Origin: a virus
Taxonomy: Duplodnaviria; Caudoviricetes
Length of the DNA: 39,839 nucleotides
IMG/VR virus record: IMGVR_UViG_3300030095_002782
Location: 1 to 39,839 of that record
Reading direction: 5' to 3' (one strand)
Shown: piece after piece, positions 34,291 to 39,839 of the stretch
How the letters are laid out: each line of letters begins with the position of its first letter
Numbering within the stretch: the stretch's first letter is position 1
The notes under the pieces: model-generated
What the model was told of the DNA's origin: nothing
The model's input: the letters and a program-made list of their open reading frames with translations, nothing else
Databases searched by the model: none
Made by a program: the position numbers and the translations under genes

Positions 34291-35979
34291 TTAAAGCGTA
34301 GCCATCCAAGTAGTACTACTAGTAGATTTATTGTTGATCTTGAAAGCGGCGTTTTTAAAGCGTTCTAATTCTTGTTCGAGTAGTTCTGCTTTTCTATCGT
34401 TCATTTTCAAGTCCGTGTTTACCGCCATTTGTTCGACCCAGTATACACAAGCCATACAAAGCGCATCTAAACGATCGTCTTGAAGAAGAGCGCCTTTATC
34501 GCGTGTTAAACGCGTTAGTTGGTACATCAACATGTACCTTGATTGTTGCTCAATAGGATACGTCAGAGCGCTTTGATAATCGTCTTTTATGACCTTTGAA
34601 TCGACTATTAATTTGTGTCTATTAAGTATCGGTTCAAGCGTGTCTACGATACGTTTTTCCTTTTGTATATGGTGTCTTACTTCGTTGATCGTAACGGGAT
34701 AAATCGCGTTTATAACGGGCTTAAAGAGTTCGGTAAACATACCGTCACCCATATTCGACTCGATAATAATTTCGTTGACCTTGTATTGCTTTGCGATACG
34801 AGCGAGTTGATTCAAGACGTTTTCCCCGTACCCGCCTTTTATACCGTTACAAGCGTGAACGAACAATTGACCGTTAAGCATTTTAACGACGCTATAAGCG
34901 GTTTCATCCTTACCTCGACCAGCAGGGTCAATAGACATTACTGAACCTGTGTACTCGATTAGATCGCCGTTGGTATCCAATGGACGAAAGAACTTATCGC
35001 CGTTAAATCCGACATTAGGAAGTTCTTCGATTGTTTGTTGTGGACCAGCGGCATATACATACTTTTCATACGCTAGATCGTTGTCAAGTTCGGTAACGAT
35101 TAAATCGTTGATCTTTAACGGGTACCGATCAGCGTCGCTTAATCGCGGGTTAAGCATGAACTGAAGAGCGTACCCGCTTCGTCCGTAGCTTAATCGTCTT
35201 TCTTCGAGATCAATATCGGTAAAACGTAATGGTTCTGTTGTCTTACCGATGTTGTCTTCAGTAGTGTTATCGACGATAAAGGGCGATACAGCGCCGTTAT
35301 ACACCGTTTGTACTTGATCCAATGGTATGTACTCCGATTGCCATATACGGGCGTTATAACCGCGTTCACGAAGCTTAGAATAGATACTGTCTTCACATTG
35401 GGGTGTACCTAGAAAGATAATACGACTACTATCGAGTGGTTTAACAATCGCTTCAAACTCTTTGACTTGTTCATCGAGCTTATCGCGCATTCCTTGGGTA
35501 GCACTGTTGTTAGGTACTTCGATGTCATCGGCAACGATTATGTCCGCCCGTGACCCTGTTAGCTGGGACGTGATACCAAGCGACTTGACCGAAGGTGCGT
35601 GTGAAGCGGGTGCTAAACCAACGTCAAAGCTTATCTTACTGAAGCGTTGACCATCACGTGGTTTAAGACCTTGTAACACGGGAATGTCGTTGATGATCTT
35701 CAAGGTGAACGTTGAGAAGTCGTCGGATCGCGATTTAGACGCCGACACAACAAGTATGTTCTTGGTAGGGTCTAGTAGTAGTTGATGTACGACATATGCA
35801 CTACAAATCCACGATTTACCGACGCCTCGAAACGCCATGATTACGGAACGCTTTGGACCGCCTTGGATGAAGTTAGCGATGTCGTATTGGAGAGGTGTTG
35901 GATCGGGAAGACCCAAGTGTTTCCAAACGACGAACAAGAAGTTACGAAAGTCCCGAAGTTCGGGTGGTATGTTACTCAC
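34291..35979 (-). CDS. terL: Terminase large subunit (T7 gp19-like)
   Basis: AFRGVGKSW, LTGSRAD.I.ADD.E, LGTPQ, IDPAGRGKDET, DDRLDAL. Confidence 0.97.
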   Translation of the reverse strand: MSNIPPELRDFRNFLFVVWKHLGLPDPTPLQYDIANFIQGGPKRSVIMAFRGVGKSWICSAYVVHQLLLDPTKNILVVSASKSRSDDFSTFTLKIINDIPVLQGLKPRDGQRFSKISFDVGLAPASHAPSVKSLGITSQLTGSRADIIVADDIEVPNNSATQGMRDKLDEQVKEFEAIVKPLDSSRIIFLGTPQCEDSIYSKLRERGYNARIWQSEYIPLDQVQTVYNGAVSPFIVDNTTEDNIGKTTEPLRFTDIDLEERRLSYGRSGYALQFMLNPRLSDADRYPLKINDLIVTELDNDLAYEKYVYAAGPQQTIEELPNVGFNGDKFFRPLDTNGDLIEYTGSVMSIDPAGRGKDETAYSVVKMLNGQLFVHACNGIKGGYGENVLNQLARIAKQYKVNEIIIESNMGDGMFTELFKPVINAIYPVTINEVRHHIQKEKRIVDTLEPILNRHKLIVDSKVIKDDYQSALTYPIEQQSRYMLMYQLTRLTRDKGALLQDDRLDALCMACVYWVEQMAVNTDLKMNDRKAELLEQELERFKNAAFKINNKSTSSTTWMATL

Positions 35980-36224
35980 TTGGCTTGTCTTATCGCTTCC
36001 TTGTCGGAGTCATCGTCGTCAAACGGTAGGACTGCTGCAAGCTTACCAAGAGGCGATCCTTGCTCGCTCAAGCTGACAACATCGTTGTCTTTAAGTAGCT
36101 GTCTAGCGCCGTTTAAAAGCGCCGCATTGTACTCAGAAGCACCGACCTTCATCTCCGTTATAGCTTGGGTGTAGGTGTCAGCGATGAGTACCTGTAGGTT
36201 TTCTAGTTGTTCTCGTTTCTTCAT
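35976..36224 (-). CDS. terS: Terminase small subunit (T7 gp18-like)
   Basis: AA.LN.ARQLLKDN...SPL..LA..LPF; ATGA-type overlap with terL. Confidence 0.85.
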   Translation of the reverse strand: MKKREQLENLQVLIADTYTQAITEMKVGASEYNAALLNGARQLLKDNDVVSLSEQGSPLGKLAAVLPFDDDDSDKEAIRQAK

Positions 36225-36233
36225 AATAGTTGT

Positions 36234-37364
36234 TTATCGCACGATTGTTACGTCGTTAAGGCGCGATCCTATATTAAATAAGGAAGTGTCTACATACAGG
36301 TCGCTACCGTTGGTTAATGTTGGATGTGTGTGAAAGGTTACATAGTCCTGACCATCGCCTACAGCTTGTCGTTTTTGGAAGTGTATGGTGTTATCTGCGG
36401 AGTAATGACGGATACGAAAGAAGTCGCCTACCGATACATTACCCGCTGTAAGTGCTTGAGTAGCGCCTACCCATCCTGACCCGTTGTAATTTAGAACCAA
36501 TCGAAAAGGATTGATGTTTTCAAAGTCTACATCGGAGTAGGTTAAACCGACTCTAAGCGGTGCTTGAGCAAGTTGAAACTGTACATAACCATCGGAATTT
36601 CCTCCAATCGCTTGTACGCTTGAAGCTCCAGCGTTATATCCACTTGATCCGCTTATCTTCTCGATTGTACCACCAGCATATACTTGTACCGAACCGCCTG
36701 ACACAGCGCCTTGAAATACAGAAATGCTCGCTATTGAACGAGTTCCGTGAAGTGTATCTAGTCGTATTCCCGCCATATTGTGGTCAACAACAGTATATTC
36801 TACAAAGCCAGGAGAAAGTGGTATCTGCACTACATTACCGTGCATATTACCGTCTGCCTTAACAAGCCTGAACCCTACGTTACCTGTGTTCGTATCGTGA
36901 CGTTCTATTTTAACAATGATCTTTGTGCCGATAGCTAACGAGGTATTAAACATCTGTTGTATTGCTACAGCGCCGTTTACACCATCAACCCGCCCAAGCG
37001 CTAATTGATCGGTATCTAAGGTTCCATTTTTTAATATCCAATTTGTAGGAACGGCGCTTGTAACGCTACTAAAAGTGCCGTTGGTAATCTTCTCACCACT
37101 TAGATTGATCTCGCTTATATTCGTCCAATTAACGGTCTCAGATGACATACTACCGTCTCCAGAACCTGATCCACCGCCGTTTTCTAACGTTACCAAACGC
37201 GCCGTAAGCGCCGCCATAGTTGTATCCTTAGACGTTTTATCTATTTCCAACGTGTTTAAACGTATTTCTTTTAGGTCAACACGAGAATGCGCTGCTTGAA
37301 CCTGTGCTTGATTATGATAAATAGCGTGTAAAGGTACTACGTTGTTTTTTCTGTGACGTGGCAT
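36234..37364 (-). CDS. Putative fibre/decoration protein (coiled coil plus beta-sandwich domains)
   Basis: N-terminal heptads, GGGSGSG linker, G/S/T-rich beta domains. Confidence 0.6.
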   Translation of the reverse strand: MPRHRKNNVVPLHAIYHNQAQVQAAHSRVDLKEIRLNTLEIDKTSKDTTMAALTARLVTLENGGGSGSGDGSMSSETVNWTNISEINLSGEKITNGTFSSVTSAVPTNWILKNGTLDTDQLALGRVDGVNGAVAIQQMFNTSLAIGTKIIVKIERHDTNTGNVGFRLVKADGNMHGNVVQIPLSPGFVEYTVVDHNMAGIRLDTLHGTRSIASISVFQGAVSGGSVQVYAGGTIEKISGSSGYNAGASSVQAIGGNSDGYVQFQLAQAPLRVGLTYSDVDFENINPFRLVLNYNGSGWVGATQALTAGNVSVGDFFRIRHYSADNTIHFQKRQAVGDGQDYVTFHTHPTLTNGSDLYVDTSLFNIGSRLNDVTIVR

Positions 37365-37366
37365 AA

Positions 37367-37606
37367 CTAACACTTCCAACGTCTAAGCGCTAAAGCCTTT
37401 CTTGTTGGACGTCCTTTACTGTCTTTCATCGGTCCTTTGACGCCACCCATACGCGCACAAAACGATTTCTTACGACTACCGCCTTGGGGCTGTGGTGCTT
37501 TAAGATTACTACCTGTTTTAGCGTTGTAGTACTTGCGTCCTTTCGCGGTTAAGCCGCCTTTCTTGGACTTATGTTCCTTGCGTAGTGATACTCCTTTACG
37601 ACTCAT
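37367..37606 (-). CDS. Small highly basic phage protein (DUF6321-like)
   Basis: GGLTAKGR..YN..TGSNLKAP, RKKSFCARM, ALRRWKC. Confidence 0.8.
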   Translation of the reverse strand: MSRKGVSLRKEHKSKKGGLTAKGRKYYNAKTGSNLKAPQPQGGSRKKSFCARMGGVKGPMKDSKGRPTRKALALRRWKC

Positions 37607-37734
37607 TTCTTCGGGAAGCCTTTCTTCATATTACCATAGGCTTTAGAAGATATAGTTGATTTACTTTTAGGGCGACTAATACCGAGCTTACGACGTCGAT
37701 TGATGTTTGCGTATAAACCTTTTTTCTTTTTCAT
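37603..37734 (-). CDS. Small highly basic protein (43 aa), not in the ORF track
   Basis: MKKKKGLYANINRRRKLGISRPKSKSTISSKAYGNMKKGFPKK*; ATGA overlap with the next gene. Confidence 0.75.
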   Translation of the reverse strand: MKKKKGLYANINRRRKLGISRPKSKSTISSKAYGNMKKGFPKK

Positions 37735-37742
37735 ATGTATAA

Positions 37743-37994
37743 TTACTTTTTCATTATCATCTCCATGAGACGATCTAATTTACTGTTGATTTCTTTTACT
37801 GTTGTTTCGAGTCCACTCATGCGATTTTCAACCGCTGTATCACGTTCTCTTTGCGTTGCTAATTCTACTTCAATCTTTGTTAAACGTTCTTCGTCCTTGT
37901 CTAGTCGGTCTGAGAATTTCTTGAATATCCAACCAAACACGCCAATAGCGATTGCAAGCGCCGTGTCAAGAAAGTGGGAGATTTGTTCTGTCAT
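37743..37994 (-). CDS. Single-TM plus coiled-coil protein (holin-position gene)
   Basis: N-terminal TM segment then heptad repeats; after the tail fibres. Confidence 0.6.
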   Translation of the reverse strand: MTEQISHFLDTALAIAIGVFGWIFKKFSDRLDKDEERLTKIEVELATQRERDTAVENRMSGLETTVKEINSKLDRLMEMIMKK

Positions 37995-37998
37995 TGTA

Positions 37999-38664
37999 TT
38001 AGGCGGCTATTTCGGTTATAGTCAAAGTTGTAGCTCCAATGCCTCCTAATGTTTGACTTCCACCGTTACCGTTAATCGTAACCGTTCCAGAACCTTGTAT
38101 ACCGATACGTATTTTAAACGTCGTGGCAGAAGCTGTACCCGCAGTCATGTAGTGACTAAATGGTAATGCACATGCTCCACCAGTCGCTGGACAATAGTTA
38201 GCAGTCGCCGCAAGCGCGTTTGCAGTTGAGTCTTGAAATAACGCTCCAGTAATCCAAGTAGCTGATGAACCGCCAGCTATCGTACTAAACTCGATAAGTA
38301 GTTTGTTAGATGCGTTAGCGGGCGTTATAGCGGCTGTAAGTATTTCATCTCCTTCGGTGTTCTGTGGGATTGTATTGTCGTTTGGCATTGCAGTAGTACC
38401 TGTCAGAACTGTACCTATAGATGCGTTTACAACTTGTAATACTTTACCCGCACTAACATTCGTTAAAGCTGAACCATCAACCGCTGGTAGTTTTGCTGTA
38501 CCGTCGAGTTGTACGACGTTTGAAGCTGATGTACCGACGTTTAAAGTTGCTGACGTTCCAAGAGAAGATGTATCCGCTTTAGCCGCTAAAGCTGTAGTTG
38601 TTGCGTAAGTGGAACCCGCGTCCACGTCTGATACCATGCGAGAATGTGTCTGTGTTATTGCCAT
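37999..38664 (-). CDS. Second tail fibre / fibre-associated protein
   Basis: VGT.A.NVVQLDG..KLPAVDGS.LT and GKVLQVV...ITP..ASNKLLI...EIAA patterns. Confidence 0.75.
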   Translation of the reverse strand: MAITQTHSRMVSDVDAGSTYATTTALAAKADTSSLGTSATLNVGTSASNVVQLDGTAKLPAVDGSALTNVSAGKVLQVVNASIGTVLTGTTAMPNDNTIPQNTEGDEILTAAITPANASNKLLIEFSTIAGGSSATWITGALFQDSTANALAATANYCPATGGACALPFSHYMTAGTASATTFKIRIGIQGSGTVTINGNGGSQTLGGIGATTLTITEIAA

Positions 38665-38704
38665 ATATTGTGGTGGTTAAAGATTAAATTGTTCTGTCAT
38701 TATG

Positions 38705-39839
38705 TTAAACAATATTTAAAACTCCTGAATTATTCCAGACATCTCCAGTGCTTAAACCACTAGATGAAGTCGGTAAGTTTTTCATGTTTATTGTACCTCC
38801 TGGCTTGATCGTAAAATGCTCTTCACCTGTTGTACCCGCTTCGACTATTTGAAAGTTACCGTTAGCTGACTCAATATTATAAATACCTTGAGAACCTGGG
38901 GTAGGGTTAGTGTCGTTTAGTTGAATAGTAGCGTTTCCTCTAGCATTGATTTTTAATACAGCAAGAGGTGATGATCCTGTATTCGTGTTCTCAATAGTAG
39001 CAACAGTAGAAACAGCATCACTTGAAGATATTAAAAGCTTCTCTGATGAAGTAGCTAAAGCTCCTATACCTACCGTACCGTGAGTATCGTTAACATTTAA
39101 TGTAGTATCTGTAGAACTTATCTTAGCTGAAGTAACAGCATTGTCAGCTATAGTAAGTGCAGTAGCACCTGTAACATCTCCAGTATGCGTAGCGTTAGAT
39201 ACTTTAGCCGTGTTAGCAACGACAGATGAATTGTTCGACACTTCCGTATCAAAATCAGATATAGTCGAAGCAGTTTGTGTACCTGTATGATTAGCTCTGT
39301 TCTTTAAGTTAGCGTCTGTATCGTTTGCAGTTGCGCCTGTTGCAATACCGTTTAACTTTGTACTGTTTAACTTATCGTCTGTTACTGCGTTGTCTTGTAT
39401 TAAAGCGGTAGATACAGGTGTACTTGTAACTGGTACTGCATAACCACGTTGTACAACAACAATGTTAGAACCTGTTGGGGGCGTCGATGTAAAAGTAATT
39501 GTATTTGCATCAGCATCAATAGCATACGCTACGGTTGGTTCTTGTAATACACCGTCTATAGCGACTTCGTACATTGTATCACCGTCTAAGCTAATACCCG
39601 AACTAAACGTAAAGGTTGCACTTCCAGCGCCTGTAAACGTGGTTTTAGAAGATGCAGTAGTAGAACCAGAAACAGCGTTTGCAATTTGTGTATCCGTGTA
39701 ATTCTTTGTAGACGCATCTTGTACGTTTGTAGGCTCGCTTAAACCTGTTACTTTGTTTGATGCCATAGCGATATCGCCTGACATAGTATCACCTGTTTTA
39801 GACACCTTAGTATCCGTATAAGCTTTTGTAGACGCGTCA
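38705..39839 (-). CDS. Tail fibre protein, C-terminal part (continuation of 1-509)
   Basis: Same frame as 1-509 across the terminal overlap; DASTKxYTD repeats, VAIDGVLQEP, RANHTGTQ, LPTS.SGL.TG.VWN. Confidence 0.9.
   Translation of the reverse strand, partial: DASTKAYTDTKVSKTGDTMSGDIAMASNKVTGLSEPTNVQDASTKNYTDTQIANAVSGSTTASSKTTFTGAGSATFTFSSGISLDGDTMYEVAIDGVLQEPTVAYAIDADANTITFTSTPPTGSNIVVVQRGYAVPVTSTPVSTALIQDNAVTDDKLNSTKLNGIATGATANDTDANLKNRANHTGTQTASTISDFDTEVSNNSSVVANTAKVSNATHTGDVTGATALTIADNAVTSAKISSTDTTLNVNDTHGTVGIGALATSSEKLLISSSDAVSTVATIENTNTGSSPLAVLKINARGNATIQLNDTNPTPGSQGIYNIESANGNFQIVEAGTTGEEHFTIKPGGTINMKNLPTSSSGLSTGDVWNNSGVLNIV
39741..39838. repeat. Contig-terminal direct repeat, copy 2
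   Basis: Identical to 1-98. Confidence 0.95.

Noticed and set aside
34085-34294. 69-aa plus-strand ORF after the antisense promoter
   Set aside because: GTG start without RBS, spans palindromic low-complexity DNA; not supportable as a gene

Overview
The window is an essentially complete ~39.7 kb genome of a T7-like podophage (Autographiviridae-type), circularly permuted and opened inside the tail-fibre gene. Bases 1-98 repeat as 39741-39838. Nearly all genes are on the minus strand. In transcription order from ~33.3 kb downward: small early genes; one short plus-strand operon (30.3-31.4 kb); more small genes; dNMP kinase; tyrosine integrase; attP; single-subunit RNA polymerase; SSB; endonuclease I; primase-helicase; lysozyme; family A DNA polymerase; PD-(D/E)XK nuclease; exonuclease; portal; scaffold; capsid; tail tube A/B; internal virion proteins; tail fibres; terminase. 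The phage looks temperate. A marine host is likely from gene content, but this is inference. The most notable observations: (1) attP lies between int and RNAP and carries the 5' half of tRNA-Leu(TAA), so integration would rewire both the tRNA and RNAP; (2) a ParB/Srx-like module bounded by in-frame 19-bp direct repeats sits inside the large ejected virion protein; (3) the early genes form a cassette-like array separated by a repeated leader; (4) a repeat-rich divergent promoter region drives the only plus-strand operon; (5) there is an i-type (destabilase-like) lysozyme and a stand-alone domain resembling the N-terminus of MvaI/BcnI-family proteins. All family calls come from motif recognition by eye; no database searches were run.
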